A stretch of DNA of 64,000 nt from an uncultured Alphaproteobacteria bacterium (GTDB taxonomy: Bacteria; Pseudomonadota; Alphaproteobacteria; UBA6615), in the NCBI GenBank assembly GCA_943787745.1, contig CALSNJ010000002.1, positions 454,904 through 518,903 of the forward strand, read 5' to 3'. A program made the translations under genes and the position numbers. Below the pieces are notes generated by a model, which saw only the letters and a list, made by a program, of their open reading frames with translations, had not been told where the DNA came from and did no database searches. Positions 1 through 10,603 of this stretch are shown here, piece by piece (position 1 is the first letter of the stretch; every line of letters starts with the position of its first letter).

Positions 1-48
1 GCCGAATACAATCGTCGTGACCGGCGCTTCGGCGCGATCGCGAGCTAG
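1..48 (+). CDS. uppS: 3' end of isoprenyl (undecaprenyl) diphosphate synthase, partial at window edge
   Basis: Frame 1 reads ...AEYNRRDRRFGAIAS* matching the conserved C-terminal RRFG tail of UppS; uppS-cdsA-dxr-rseP synteny. Confidence 0.45.
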   Translation, partial: AEYNRRDRRFGAIAS

Positions 49-892
49 CCTGTTGATCGACAAGCCCCTGCCTGATCCCACCCAACCCGGTTCCGGGCCC
101 AGCAACCTGATTCTTCGTGTCGGATCGGCCCTCGTTCTGGGGCCACTTGTTCTGTTCTGCATCTGGATGGGCGGGCTTTGGTTTGCGTGCCTGATCGCGA
201 TTGTCGCCGTGGCCGGGGGCGGTGAATGGCGCAAGATGGCAAAGCTGGAAACCCGTGGCGTTGGCACCATCCTGATAATGGGACCTCTTTTTGTTTTGAT
301 TGCCATTGTTGGTGCCAGTCCAGCAGCCGGTGTGTTTGTTCTCGCAATCTCCATATTTCTGGCACTGGCGACTTTCGGGTCGCCCTGGGCGGACCGTCGA
401 TGGGCCGTGATCGCGCTGTTGCATGTCGGTCTTGCGGCACTGGCGACAATTTACCTGCGTCTGACGCCCGAGTTGGGCCGTGATTTGGTGTTCATATTGT
501 TTGGCGCAGTCTGGTTGTCGGATATTGGAGGCTACGTCGCGGGCCGACTGATCGGGGGACCAAAATTGGCGCCGGGTATCAGTCCGAACAAAACACTGGC
601 CGGATCCGGAGGGGCTCTCGTCTTCGCGGGTGTTGGTGCGCTTGTTTACGGCGCGATGACCGAAAGCCAAAGCAGTATGGTTCTGGTTTTAGCTCTGGTT
701 CTGTCCGTTGCGACACAAGCTGGCGATCTGTTTGAATCCTGGGTCAAACGTCGGTTTGACGTTAAGGATTCCGGTACCTTGATCCCGGGCCATGGCGGTA
801 TACTCGACCGCGTGGACGGCTTACTCTTCGCCGCGCCTGTTCTGGCGTTGATTGTTTTGGTTTCCGGGACGGACTTTATTTCATGGCAGTAA
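17..892 (+). CDS. cdsA: phosphatidate cytidylyltransferase
   Basis: Multi-TM protein with C-terminal CTP-transferase signature KRRFDVKDSGTLIPGHGGILDRVDGLLFAAP; true start may lie downstream because it overlaps the uppS tail. Confidence 0.85.
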   Translation: MTGASARSRASLLIDKPLPDPTQPGSGPSNLILRVGSALVLGPLVLFCIWMGGLWFACLIAIVAVAGGGEWRKMAKLETRGVGTILIMGPLFVLIAIVGASPAAGVFVLAISIFLALATFGSPWADRRWAVIALLHVGLAALATIYLRLTPELGRDLVFILFGAVWLSDIGGYVAGRLIGGPKLAPGISPNKTLAGSGGALVFAGVGALVYGAMTESQSSMVLVLALVLSVATQAGDLFESWVKRRFDVKDSGTLIPGHGGILDRVDGLLFAAPVLALIVLVSGTDFISWQ

Positions 893-2082
893 CCGAATTT
901 TCCGGCGACCCGCGAGCAGTCCAAGGTTGCCGACGCCTTTCGATTCTTGGTGCCACCGGTTCAATCGGAACCAGCACCGCCGATCTTGTCCGACGGAATC
1001 CCGAAGCATTTGATGTTGCAGTTCTGACGGCAAACCGGAATGCAGCTGATCTCGCGACGCTGGCGCGCGAATTGCGACCTGAACTCGCGATTGTGGCGGA
1101 CCCGGAAGCTTATACGGAACTGCAGGAATTGCTTGCGGGAACCGGAATAGAAGTCGCTGCTGGTCCGCAGGCACTTGTTGAAGCAGCTCGTGAACCCGTG
1201 GACATGACCATTGCAGGGATTGTTGGTGCTGCAGGGCTGGATTCGGCACTGGCTGCGATCCAACAAGGGACTGTTGTCGCTCTGGCGAACAAGGAATGCC
1301 TCGTCTGCGCCGGAGACCTGGTTCTGGAGGCCTGTCATGCCGCCGGAACAACGCTTCTGCCGCTCGACAGCGAGCACAACGCGATCTTTCAGGTGTTTGA
1401 GACCGAGAACGCAGCGGATGTCGAAAAGCTTGTTCTTACCGCTTCAGGCGGACCTTTTCGGACATGGACGCGGCCTCAAATGGCAACCGCAACCCCCGAT
1501 CAGGCGGTGGCGCATCCAAACTGGGACATGGGTCGGAAGATTTCGGTCGATTCCGCGACCATGATGAACAAGGGCCTCGAATTAATTGAGGCTGCATATC
1601 TGTTCCCTGTGGCATCAGAAAACATTGATGTGTTGGTCCACCCACAATCCGTCGTGCACTCCATGGTGGCTTATACGGATGGGTCCATGTTGGCGCAGTT
1701 AGGGCCGCCGGATATGCGAGTGCCGATTGCCCACGCATTGGCCTGGCCGGCCCGTATGAAAACACCGGTGGAACGTCTGGATCTGGCCGCGATAGGAACT
1801 CTGGACTTTGAAGCGCCCGATGATGAACGGTTTCCCGCAATTGCACTTGCGCGCGCGGCGCTCGACAGCGGAAATGGCAGTACGGCCGTTCTGAATGCCG
1901 CGAATGAGGTGGCGGTGCAAAGTTTCCTCGACAATTTGATCGGATTTCTGGATATCACCAAATTTGTCGAGAAGACGCTGGAATTGGTGCAGGCAAGCCC
2001 GATCCGCACGCTGGACGATTTTCGGGCTCTGGACACGGAAACGCGAGTGGTCACGGAATCTCTTGTAAAGTCTGGTTCTTAA
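883..2082 (+). CDS. dxr: 1-deoxy-D-xylulose 5-phosphate reductoisomerase
   Basis: N-terminal LSILGATGSIGTST NADPH-binding motif, ~399 aa, synteny cdsA-dxr-rseP. Confidence 0.92.
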   Translation: MAVTEFSGDPRAVQGCRRLSILGATGSIGTSTADLVRRNPEAFDVAVLTANRNAADLATLARELRPELAIVADPEAYTELQELLAGTGIEVAAGPQALVEAAREPVDMTIAGIVGAAGLDSALAAIQQGTVVALANKECLVCAGDLVLEACHAAGTTLLPLDSEHNAIFQVFETENAADVEKLVLTASGGPFRTWTRPQMATATPDQAVAHPNWDMGRKISVDSATMMNKGLELIEAAYLFPVASENIDVLVHPQSVVHSMVAYTDGSMLAQLGPPDMRVPIAHALAWPARMKTPVERLDLAAIGTLDFEAPDDERFPAIALARAALDSGNGSTAVLNAANEVAVQSFLDNLIGFLDITKFVEKTLELVQASPIRTLDDFRALDTETRVVTESLVKSGS

Positions 2083-2141
2083 CGCCAATTCAAGCATTGC
2101 AGCGCAGGCTTGGTGCCAAGTCTGCAAGGGAGTGAGTCTGT

Positions 2142-3260
2142 ATGGGCGGCGTCATCGAAACAATTTTCTGGTTCCTAGTGGTGCTTACGCCACTCGTGTT
2201 CATACATGAGTTTGGCCACTACTGGTTTGCCCGTCGGAACGGGGTCAAAGTTGAGGTGTTCTCGGTCGGGTTTGGCCGTGAGCTCTTTGGGTATACCGAT
2301 AAGTCCGGAACCCGTTGGAAATTCAGCCTTATTCCCTTTGGTGGCTACGTAAAGATGTTCGGCCAAAGCGATCTGGGGCCCGACGAGGACGAAGCTGACC
2401 TGACAGAGGCGGAACGTGAGGTTGCGTTCCATTCCAAGAAGTTGTCCCAAAAGGCCATGATTGTCGCGGCGGGTCCGTTGGCCAATCTCCTTTTTGCCAT
2501 TGTTGTCTTTACGGTTCTTTTCGCCACGGCGGGACAGCCCTTTACGCCAGCGACGGTGTCCGAGGTCGTTCCCGATTCGGCTGCAGAGACCGCAGGCATT
2601 GAGGCTGGGGACACGTTTACCGAAGTCGCCGGTCGCTCAATCGAGCGCTTTGAAGAAGTTCAGCAACTCATTCGTCTGCATCCGGGTATTCCGGTAAACA
2701 TCACCGTAGACCGAAACGGGCGGAATCTTAATTTGATCGCGACCCCGACCGTCACTGTTGTGCCGGATGGACTGGGCGATGAGGCGCGCTTGGGTGTCCT
2801 CGGTGTGCGCGGTGTTGAACGTGCCTATGAGCGCCACAGCATCCCGACAGCAGCCTGGCAATCTGTGCGGGAGACCGTTCGTCTGGTTTCGGTCACCGTG
2901 ACAGCGATCGGGCAGATGTTTGGGGGCGAACGCAGTGCCAAAGAACTGGGTGGGCCGGTCCGAATCGCGCAGATGTCCGACAGCGCGGCAGACGCCGGAA
3001 TCGTAACGCTGATTATTTTTGCCGCTTTTCTTTCAATCAATCTCGGGTTGATCAATCTTCTGCCTATCCCGCTCCTTGATGGCGGACATCTGCTGTTTTA
3101 TGCCTATGAAGCCCTTGTCCGGCGGCCACCGGGGCGTTGGGCGCAGGAGTTTGGGTTGAAAATCGGGCTGGTTTTCGTGCTGGGCCTCATGCTATTCGCC
3201 ACGTTCAATGATATTGCCCGACTTCCTGTCGTTCAGCGGATTGTCTCGCTGATCACTTAG
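2142..3260 (+). CDS. rseP: RIP metalloprotease RseP (site-2 protease)
   Basis: HEFGHY zinc motif in first TM, central PDZ region, C-terminal LLPIPLLDGGH motif. Confidence 0.9.
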   Translation: MGGVIETIFWFLVVLTPLVFIHEFGHYWFARRNGVKVEVFSVGFGRELFGYTDKSGTRWKFSLIPFGGYVKMFGQSDLGPDEDEADLTEAEREVAFHSKKLSQKAMIVAAGPLANLLFAIVVFTVLFATAGQPFTPATVSEVVPDSAAETAGIEAGDTFTEVAGRSIERFEEVQQLIRLHPGIPVNITVDRNGRNLNLIATPTVTVVPDGLGDEARLGVLGVRGVERAYERHSIPTAAWQSVRETVRLVSVTVTAIGQMFGGERSAKELGGPVRIAQMSDSAADAGIVTLIIFAAFLSINLGLINLLPIPLLDGGHLLFYAYEALVRRPPGRWAQEFGLKIGLVFVLGLMLFATFNDIARLPVVQRIVSLIT

Positions 3261-3317
3261 GGTTAAACCTCTGTGTGATAACAAGAATCGAGCAACTGGC
3301 GTAACAGGGACGAGCGT

Positions 3318-5615
3318 GTGATTTCCCGCTTACTCAAGTTTTCAGTGACAGGCTTACTGGCGAGCGTTTTGCTCGTTGGGGCTGCTGTCGTGACGCCGCT
3401 TCTGGCACAGACCGCCTCTGGCTCTACGATTGAGGAAATCCGCGTTGTCGGGACGCAGCGTATCGATCCCTCGACGGTCAACTCCTACATGCAGTTGAAG
3501 CCCGGTGATCGCTACAACGCAGAGAAAGTTGATGAGTCTCTAAAGAACCTCTTCAACACGGGGCTCTTTGCCGATGTGACCTTGCGCCGCGAAGGCCGGT
3601 CTCTTGTTGTGCAGGTTGTCGAGAACCCGATCATCAACCGCATCGCGTTTGAAGGCAATCGCAAGATCGACGATGAGACCCTGCAAACAGAGGTGAGTTT
3701 GCGCCCGCGAGTTGTCTACACGCGAACCAAGGTTCAAAGCGATGTTCGTCGTTTGCTTGACGTCTATCGTCGCACCGGGCGTTTTGCGGCGACCGTTGAT
3801 CCGAAAGTCATTCAACTTTCTGAAAACCGCGTTGATCTGGTTTTTGAAATTGATGAGGGTGGCGCGACAGGCATTCGGGCAATTAATTTTATTGGCAATG
3901 CGGAGTTCTCTGACGGGGATTTGCGCGATGTCATTCAGACCACGGAATCAAATTTCTACAATTTCCTCTCATCCAACGACACGTATGATCCTGACCGTCT
4001 TTCGTTTGATCGGGAGTTGCTGCGACGGTTCTATCTTTCGGAAGGGCATGCGGATTTTCGTGTGGTGTCGGCCATCGCTGAACTGACCGAAGATCGTGAA
4101 GACTTTCTTGTGACCTTCACTGTGGACGAGGGACCGCTATACACGTTTGGGAAGCTTGACGTTTCAAGTCAGTTACGTGGCGTTGAGAATGAAGACCTGG
4201 TCTCCCAGATCACTTCGGACACAGGGGATATCTACAATGCGACGGAGGTCGAGAACACGGTTCAGGCCATCACCGACACGCTGGGTGAACGCGGGTTTGC
4301 CTTTGTTGATGTTCGGCCACGTGTGAACCGGGATCGCGATGATCTGACCATCGATGTGACCTACGAAATTCGTGAAGGTCCTCGTGTTTTTGTGGAACGC
4401 ATCGACATTGGTGGCAATGTTCGAACCTTGGATACCGTGATCCGCCGTGAGTTCACTCTGGATGAAGGCGATGCCTTCAATACGGCAAAGCTGCGGCGTA
4501 CGCGTCAAAGACTGCAGGATCTTGGCTTCTTTGCCCGTGTTGACGTCAACAACAATCCCGGCAGCGCCCCAGACCGGACAGTCATCAGTGTGGACGTTCA
4601 AGAGCAGTCGACTGGCGAACTCTCCATTGGTGCAGGCTTCTCATCGACGGCCGGGGCCTTGAGCGATCTGACCATTCGTGAACGCAACCTGCTTGGTCGT
4701 GGTCAGGATTTGCGCTTCAGCACAACCCTGGCAACCAAACAGCAGCAGGTGGACCTGAGTTTCACAGAGCCTTATTTCCTTGGCCGGGAGCTTGCGGCAG
4801 GCGTTGATGCCTTTTACAGGACAACGGATTTTGGGGATCGATCCTCGTTTCAGGAAGACGAGGCAGGTTTTGGACTTCGGGCCGGGTACCAGATTTCACC
4901 AAAACTTCGGCATACAGCGCGCTACACATTCTCGCGTGACGAGATTGATGAAGTGGCAGCCGATGCTTCGCCCGCCATTAAGGCGCAGGAAGGAACGTTT
5001 TCGACGTCCGCGATCGGCAACGAATTTTTCTATGATGCACGGAACAGCCGGTTTAGTCCTACGGACGGCTATTTCCTGAGTTATGATATCGATGTGGCTG
5101 GTTTCGGTGGTACCGAACGGTTCGTACGAAATGAAGTTGGCGCCGGGCTGTTCGAATCTCTCTTCGGAACGTCGTTTATCGGCAGCCTCGAAGGTTCGGC
5201 CGGCATCATGAACGAGCTCGATGATGACATTCGTATTTCCGAGCGTTTCTTTCTGGGCGGTAACAAGTTCCGGGGTTTCAAAACAGGCGGTGTTGGCCCC
5301 CGCGACATTTCAACGGATGATTCTCTGGGTGGTACGAAGTTCTACCGCGCGTCCGCAGAGGTCGAATTCCCGCTCGGTTTGCCGGAAGAGTTCAACATCA
5401 AGGGCTCGGTCTTTACTGACGTTGGTTCGGTCTGGGGTAATGATGACTCATTCCCGAACATCGAAGATGATGCTTCGTTGCGGGCGACTATGGGCGTCGG
5501 TTTCGGCTGGGCATCGCCGGCTGGCCCGATCCGCATCAATCTCACCCGCGCAGTTCTGAAGGAAGAGTATGATAAGACCGAGTTCTTCAGTTTCAGCTTC
5601 GGGACCCGGTTTTAA
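3318..5615 (+). CDS. bamA: outer membrane protein assembly factor BamA
   Basis: 765 aa, signal peptide, POTRA repeats, C-terminal beta-barrel ending in aromatic residue; GTG start. Confidence 0.92.
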   Translation: MISRLLKFSVTGLLASVLLVGAAVVTPLLAQTASGSTIEEIRVVGTQRIDPSTVNSYMQLKPGDRYNAEKVDESLKNLFNTGLFADVTLRREGRSLVVQVVENPIINRIAFEGNRKIDDETLQTEVSLRPRVVYTRTKVQSDVRRLLDVYRRTGRFAATVDPKVIQLSENRVDLVFEIDEGGATGIRAINFIGNAEFSDGDLRDVIQTTESNFYNFLSSNDTYDPDRLSFDRELLRRFYLSEGHADFRVVSAIAELTEDREDFLVTFTVDEGPLYTFGKLDVSSQLRGVENEDLVSQITSDTGDIYNATEVENTVQAITDTLGERGFAFVDVRPRVNRDRDDLTIDVTYEIREGPRVFVERIDIGGNVRTLDTVIRREFTLDEGDAFNTAKLRRTRQRLQDLGFFARVDVNNNPGSAPDRTVISVDVQEQSTGELSIGAGFSSTAGALSDLTIRERNLLGRGQDLRFSTTLATKQQQVDLSFTEPYFLGRELAAGVDAFYRTTDFGDRSSFQEDEAGFGLRAGYQISPKLRHTARYTFSRDEIDEVAADASPAIKAQEGTFSTSAIGNEFFYDARNSRFSPTDGYFLSYDIDVAGFGGTERFVRNEVGAGLFESLFGTSFIGSLEGSAGIMNELDDDIRISERFFLGGNKFRGFKTGGVGPRDISTDDSLGGTKFYRASAEVEFPLGLPEEFNIKGSVFTDVGSVWGNDDSFPNIEDDASLRATMGVGFGWASPAGPIRINLTRAVLKEEYDKTEFFSFSFGTRF

Positions 5616-5627
5616 CGGAGCAATGAC

Positions 5628-6194
5628 ATGATCCGATTGGTAGGAGCGGTTGCGTTTGCCATCGCCATTACATCGGCTGCGTTATCACCAGCTGTAGCGC
5701 AGACGACCTCGAAACCGCCTGTGCCTTCCATTGCCATCGTGGATGTTGAATCTGTGATGCGAGATTCACTTGCGGTGAAGTCCGCGCGCAGCCAAATCGA
5801 CGTGATTGCCAAGGATTTGCAACAAGACATTGCTGGAGAAGAGGAAAAACTGCGTTCCGAAGAACAGAAACTTCAGCAGCAACGAGCTCTGCTGTCACCG
5901 GAAAAATACGCTGAGGACCGCCAGGCTCTGCAGGAACGCGCTGCCGCACTTCAGCAGCGTGCACGATCCCTTCGCCAGACGCTTGACCGCGGGATGGCAA
6001 AAACAATGCAGCGTATCCAGATCGTTTTGTTTGAGGAGATTGGAAAACTGGCAGAGGAGATGGACGTGAATCTTGTCCTGCCGCGATCTCAGATTGTTGT
6101 CGCAATCGATTCATTCAATATCAGCGAAGCAGCTCTGGCGCGTTTGAACGCCCGATTGACTGAAGTCGACATGGCACTCGAACGTGCAGAATAA
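5628..6194 (+). CDS. skp: OmpH/Skp family periplasmic chaperone
   Basis: Signal peptide followed by Q/E/R-rich coiled-coil; position between bamA and lpxD. Confidence 0.85.
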   Translation: MIRLVGAVAFAIAITSAALSPAVAQTTSKPPVPSIAIVDVESVMRDSLAVKSARSQIDVIAKDLQQDIAGEEEKLRSEEQKLQQQRALLSPEKYAEDRQALQERAAALQQRARSLRQTLDRGMAKTMQRIQIVLFEEIGKLAEEMDVNLVLPRSQIVVAIDSFNISEAALARLNARLTEVDMALERAE

Positions 6195-6214
6195 CGGGAA
6201 GTATCCAAACCTGA

Positions 6215-7243
6215 ATGGCTGATCCACGCTTTTTTGACAACAAGGGCCCGTTCTCGGTCGCCGAACTTTCTGCGCTTGCGGGGGATGACGTCGTTGTCCG
6301 GGGCGATGGAAGTGTTTCTATTTCGGATGTGGCGCCGTTGGACGCAGCAAGCGAAAACCACATCAGCTTTCTCGACAATCGAAAGTATATCGAGGCCTTC
6401 GAGGCCTCGGCGGCGCGCGCTTGTATTGTGGCGCCTGAACTTGCCGACAGGGCGCCTGACGGGATGGTTTTGATCGTCACCCCAAAGCCATACCGGGCCT
6501 ATGCGCGTATCGCGCATGCTTTCTATCCGTCGGCTATGGCTTCGACCGGTGTCCACCCGTCCGCATCGATTGATCCGGAAGCCGATGTTTCAGCTGATGC
6601 TGCTGTTGGTGCCAATGCTGTTGTCGAAGCCGGCGCACGAATAGCCGCAGGTGCTGAAATCGGAGCTGGGGCCGTGGTCGGCCGCGGCGTGTCGGTTGGC
6701 GAAGGCTCGCGTGTCGGGGCGAATGCAAGTCTGGCCTATTGTGAAATTGGTGCGCGGTGCGAACTGCATGCGGGAGTTCGCATCGGAACCCGAGGGTTTG
6801 GCTTTGATATGTCAGCTGAAGGCCATCTCGATGTGCCGCAACTTGGTCGTGTGATTATTGGGGATGATGTCGAGGTCGGCGCGAATTCGACGATCGATCG
6901 CGGAGCTGGACCTGACACCCTAATTGGCAATGGCTGCAAGATTGATAATCTGGTGCAGATCGGGCACAACGTTCGCATGGGGCAGGGCTGTGTTGTCGTG
7001 GCACAATCGGGCGTCGCAGGCAGCACGGTGCTCAGTGATTTTGTCGTGTTGGCCGCGCAGTCCGGTGTTAGTGGGCATCTCAAAATTGCGCCAGGAACCC
7101 AATTGGCAGCACGCAGCGGGATCATGCGCGATACTGAACCGGGCGCCAAACTCGCCGGAAATCCGGCCATTCCTGCGAAAGAGTATTTTCGTCAAATGGC
7201 GGTTCTGGGGAAGCTTGCGAAAGATCGTCATCGCAAGAACTGA
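6215..7243 (+). CDS. lpxD: UDP-3-O-(3-hydroxyacyl)glucosamine N-acyltransferase
   Basis: Hexapeptide-repeat left-handed beta-helix protein, 342 aa, in skp-lpxD-fabZ-lpxA order. Confidence 0.9.
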   Translation: MADPRFFDNKGPFSVAELSALAGDDVVVRGDGSVSISDVAPLDAASENHISFLDNRKYIEAFEASAARACIVAPELADRAPDGMVLIVTPKPYRAYARIAHAFYPSAMASTGVHPSASIDPEADVSADAAVGANAVVEAGARIAAGAEIGAGAVVGRGVSVGEGSRVGANASLAYCEIGARCELHAGVRIGTRGFGFDMSAEGHLDVPQLGRVIIGDDVEVGANSTIDRGAGPDTLIGNGCKIDNLVQIGHNVRMGQGCVVVAQSGVAGSTVLSDFVVLAAQSGVSGHLKIAPGTQLAARSGIMRDTEPGAKLAGNPAIPAKEYFRQMAVLGKLAKDRHRKN

Positions 7244-7272
7244 CAACTGAAGTTATTGAACGGTTTCGAGCC

Positions 7273-7755
7273 ATGGACACAAAAGTCGAACAACCACAGA
7301 TGAACCCCAACGCACGCGAAGCGGTCGATATTCTCGAGGTGATGGAGATGATCCCGCATCGCCAGCCGTTCCTCATGATCGATCGTGTGGAAGATATCGT
7401 CATTCGGGAAAGCGCAACGGGTATCAAGAATGTCACGATCAACGAACCATTCTTCGTTGGACATTTCCCGGTACGTCCAGTTATGCCCGGTGTGCTTGTC
7501 ATCGAGGCGATGGCGCAGACGGCTGCAGTCCTTGTTGTCGAGACCCTGGGGCCAGATGCTCTTGGCAAGCTCGTATATTTTATGACGATCGACAATGCGC
7601 GTTTTCGTAAACCGGTCGTACCTGGTGATCAGGTTAAATTGTTTGTCTCCGTTCAGCGCAATCGCGGCAATGTCTGGAAATTCAAAGGTGTCGCCAAAGT
7701 CGGCGACCTCACGGTTGCCGAAGCAATTTACTCAGCGATGATTATGGATGCCTGA
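7273..7755 (+). CDS. fabZ: 3-hydroxyacyl-ACP dehydratase FabZ
   Basis: Hotdog fold motif HFPVRPVMPGVLVIEAMAQ. Confidence 0.92.
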   Translation: MDTKVEQPQMNPNAREAVDILEVMEMIPHRQPFLMIDRVEDIVIRESATGIKNVTINEPFFVGHFPVRPVMPGVLVIEAMAQTAAVLVVETLGPDALGKLVYFMTIDNARFRKPVVPGDQVKLFVSVQRNRGNVWKFKGVAKVGDLTVAEAIYSAMIMDA

Positions 7756-8556
7756 ATGACCTCTATTCACCCGACTGCCGTCATTGAAGATGGTGCGGAA
7801 CTTGGCGCAGATGTTGAGATTGGCCCCTACAGTGTCGTGGGCCCCGAGGTGCGAATCGGTGACGGTGTTCGTCTGCATAGCCACGTGGTGGTTGGAGGGC
7901 GAACGACCATCGGGCCGCAAACTGAGATATTCCCCTTCGCTTCAATCGGGCTCGCTCCTCAGGATCTCAAATTCAGTGGCGAAGAATCCGAACTGATTAT
8001 CGGAGCCCGCAATCAGATACGCGAGCATGTCACGATGAATCCTGGCACCTCTGGCGGTGGCCTCCAAACAAGAGTTGGAGATGATTGTTTGTTCATGGTG
8101 GGCGCGCATGTTGCGCATGATTGCATTGTTGGCAATCACGTCATCCTGGCGAACAATGCGACGATCGCGGGCCACGTGACGGTTGGCGATTTTGCGATTA
8201 TCGGCGGTCTGTCAGCTGTGCATCAGTTTGTTCGGATTGGGGCCCACGCAATGATCGGCGGAATGTCCGGTATTGAGCAGGATCTCATTCCTTATGGTCA
8301 GGCGCAGGGTGACCGCGCGCGACTGCGGGGTCTGAACCTCGTGGGATTGCAGCGCCGTGACTTTTCCCGTGATGGTATCAGCAATCTTCGCACCGCTTAC
8401 CGACTGCTCTTCGGTCCCGAGGGAACCATGCAGGAACGGGTTGATACCGTGGTGGAGTTATACGCTGATGACGAAGGGGTGATGGAAGTCGTCAACTTCG
8501 TACGCGCAGATTCATCTCGCGCGATATTGCAGCCCAAAACGTCCAATGGCGGTTAA
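7756..8556 (+). CDS. lpxA: acyl-ACP--UDP-N-acetylglucosamine O-acyltransferase
   Basis: Hexapeptide repeats, 266 aa, lipid A cluster position. Confidence 0.92.
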   Translation: MTSIHPTAVIEDGAELGADVEIGPYSVVGPEVRIGDGVRLHSHVVVGGRTTIGPQTEIFPFASIGLAPQDLKFSGEESELIIGARNQIREHVTMNPGTSGGGLQTRVGDDCLFMVGAHVAHDCIVGNHVILANNATIAGHVTVGDFAIIGGLSAVHQFVRIGAHAMIGGMSGIEQDLIPYGQAQGDRARLRGLNLVGLQRRDFSRDGISNLRTAYRLLFGPEGTMQERVDTVVELYADDEGVMEVVNFVRADSSRAILQPKTSNGG

Positions 8557-9394
8557 GCTCGGAATTCTCGCCGGTGGCGGCCCGTTGCCCGGATATCTCG
8601 TTGAAGCCTGTCGCGCCAGTGATCGTCCTGTCTTTGTGATCGCGCTTGAAGGGCAGGCTGACCCCGACATCATTGCGGATACACCCCACGCCTGGGTGCG
8701 TCTGGGCGCTGCCGGTGAGGCGCTCGATCGTTTGCGCGCCGAGGGTGTCGGCGAAATTGTGATGGCCGGCCCGGTGCGCCGCCCAACCCTGCGTGAACTG
8801 CGCCCGGACCGAAGGGCTGCAAAGTTTCTTGGTATGGGTCTCCTCAAAAAGGGTGATGACGGTTTGCTGGGTGCACTCGTTCGCGCACTTGAAGAGGAAG
8901 AGGGCTTTCGGGTCGTCGGTGCGAATGACGTGTTGGCCGAGCTCGCAGCACCCTCGGGTCCATTCGGTGGTTTCAAACCCGATGATGAGTCAGACGCGGA
9001 TATTGCGCATGGGGTTCGTGTTTTGCATCGCACGGGCCCACTGGATATTGGGCAGGCCGTGATTGTTCAGCAGGGCATTGTCCTTGGCCTTGAAGCTGCG
9101 GAAGGAACCCGCGCATTGCTCGAGCGCTGTGGTCCCTTGCGTCGTGATGGCCGGGGCGGTGTTCTGGTCAAACTCCACAAGCCGGGTCAGGAAATGCGCG
9201 CGGATATGCCGTCCATTGGTCCCGAGACGATCCGTGCGGCACGCGGAGCAGGCTTGGCAGGGGTCGCTGTTGCAGCGGGTTCGACCCTTGTGTTTGAAAA
9301 GGATGCACTGATCGCAGAAGCAGATGCCGCAGGAATGTTCGTGATCGGCATTCTGCCTGCTGACTATGTGGATGACTACGACACGGCGTCATGA
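8546..9394 (+). CDS. lpxI: UDP-2,3-diacylglucosamine diphosphatase LpxI (DUF1009)
   Basis: 282 aa protein sitting between lpxA and lpxB as in alphaproteobacteria that lack lpxH; start overlaps the lpxA stop. Confidence 0.8.
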   Translation: MAVKLGILAGGGPLPGYLVEACRASDRPVFVIALEGQADPDIIADTPHAWVRLGAAGEALDRLRAEGVGEIVMAGPVRRPTLRELRPDRRAAKFLGMGLLKKGDDGLLGALVRALEEEEGFRVVGANDVLAELAAPSGPFGGFKPDDESDADIAHGVRVLHRTGPLDIGQAVIVQQGIVLGLEAAEGTRALLERCGPLRRDGRGGVLVKLHKPGQEMRADMPSIGPETIRAARGAGLAGVAVAAGSTLVFEKDALIAEADAAGMFVIGILPADYVDDYDTAS

Positions 9395-10557
9395 ATACGG
9401 TCGCCCCCGACTCTCCCTTGCATGTCTACGTGATTGCCGGTGAACCGTCTGGCGATGTTATCGGTGCCAGACTGATCGAGGCTCTGCGCGCTGACGGTGA
9501 TATCGAGGTTTCGGGTATCGGCGGGCCAGAGATGGAGGCTGCAGGCCTGCAAAGCCTGTTTCCCTATGATGAACTGGCTATCATGGGGCTGACCGAGGTT
9601 CTTCCTAGCGTACCGCGCATTCTTCGTCGGATGCGCAAGACGGCGCGGGATATCGAGAGAAAGCAACCCGATGTCATTGTGACCATCGATTCACCGGGTT
9701 TCGTATTCGGGGTTATCCGTCGTTTGAAGTCCCGGAACTGTCCCCGGGTTCACTATGTTGCACCGACGATCTGGGCCTGGCGGGCGGGTCGGGTGAAGAA
9801 GTTCCGAAAGCATTTCGACCACCTGCTGGCGTTGTTTCCCTTTGAGCCCCCGTTGTTTGAGGCTGCTGGACTGGATTGCTCCTTTGTGGGGCATCCGATC
9901 GCTGAAGGTGCTGTCGCTTCGGGCAACGGGCCTGCGTTTCGACAACGCCATGGAATTGGCACAGATGAGCAAGTCCTGTGTTTGCTTCCGGGAAGTCGGC
10001 GCGGCGAAGTCTCGCGTCTGGGACCGGTCATTTCAGAAGTCTTGGGGTTATTGGCGAGGAGCAACCCGGGAGCACGGATTGTTGTGCCGGCGGCACCAAA
10101 TGTTCGGGATGCTGTTGGGACACTCGCTGTGACGTGGGGCGACAAGGTGCTTGTCGTGGATGGAGCCTCCGAACGGTATGACGCCTTTGCAGCCTCTGAT
10201 CTGGCGCTCGCAGCGTCGGGGACGGTGACGCTGGAGCTGGCCTATGCAGGCGTGCCAACGGTTGTCATTTATCAGGTTGGAAAGCTGACTGGCGAAATCG
10301 CGCGCAGAATGATTCGGATTGAACACGTGTCTATCGTCAATATCGTCGCTGGACGGCTGATATTCCCTGAATTCCTGCAGTCGCGTTGCCGTCCGGCCTT
10401 GATCACCGGGGCGGTCAGTGCGCTCCTGGGTGACCGGGATGCGGCCCGCATAATTGGCGCGGACGCGCAGGCGATTGCACGCGATATTGCCGGCGGCGGG
10501 GACAAACCAAGCGCGCGGGCTGCGCGGGCTATCCGCGCAATTGTCGCTGCGGCGTGA
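9391..10557 (+). CDS. lpxB: lipid-A-disaccharide synthase
   Basis: 388 aa glycosyltransferase family 19; 4-nt overlap with lpxI. Confidence 0.9.
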   Translation: MNTVAPDSPLHVYVIAGEPSGDVIGARLIEALRADGDIEVSGIGGPEMEAAGLQSLFPYDELAIMGLTEVLPSVPRILRRMRKTARDIERKQPDVIVTIDSPGFVFGVIRRLKSRNCPRVHYVAPTIWAWRAGRVKKFRKHFDHLLALFPFEPPLFEAAGLDCSFVGHPIAEGAVASGNGPAFRQRHGIGTDEQVLCLLPGSRRGEVSRLGPVISEVLGLLARSNPGARIVVPAAPNVRDAVGTLAVTWGDKVLVVDGASERYDAFAASDLALAASGTVTLELAYAGVPTVVIYQVGKLTGEIARRMIRIEHVSIVNIVAGRLIFPEFLQSRCRPALITGAVSALLGDRDAARIIGADAQAIARDIAGGGDKPSARAARAIRAIVAAA

Positions 10558-10603
10558 ACCGGCTAAGACAATCAACAGCAATGACCCAGTAAAGGATCCA
10601 GAC

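Noticed and set aside
10454-10603. Upstream in-frame extension of gloA (ORF track start 10454)
   Set aside because: It would overlap lpxB by ~100 nt and adds a non-homologous Arg-rich N-terminus. The ATG at 10604 gives a canonical glyoxalase I start.
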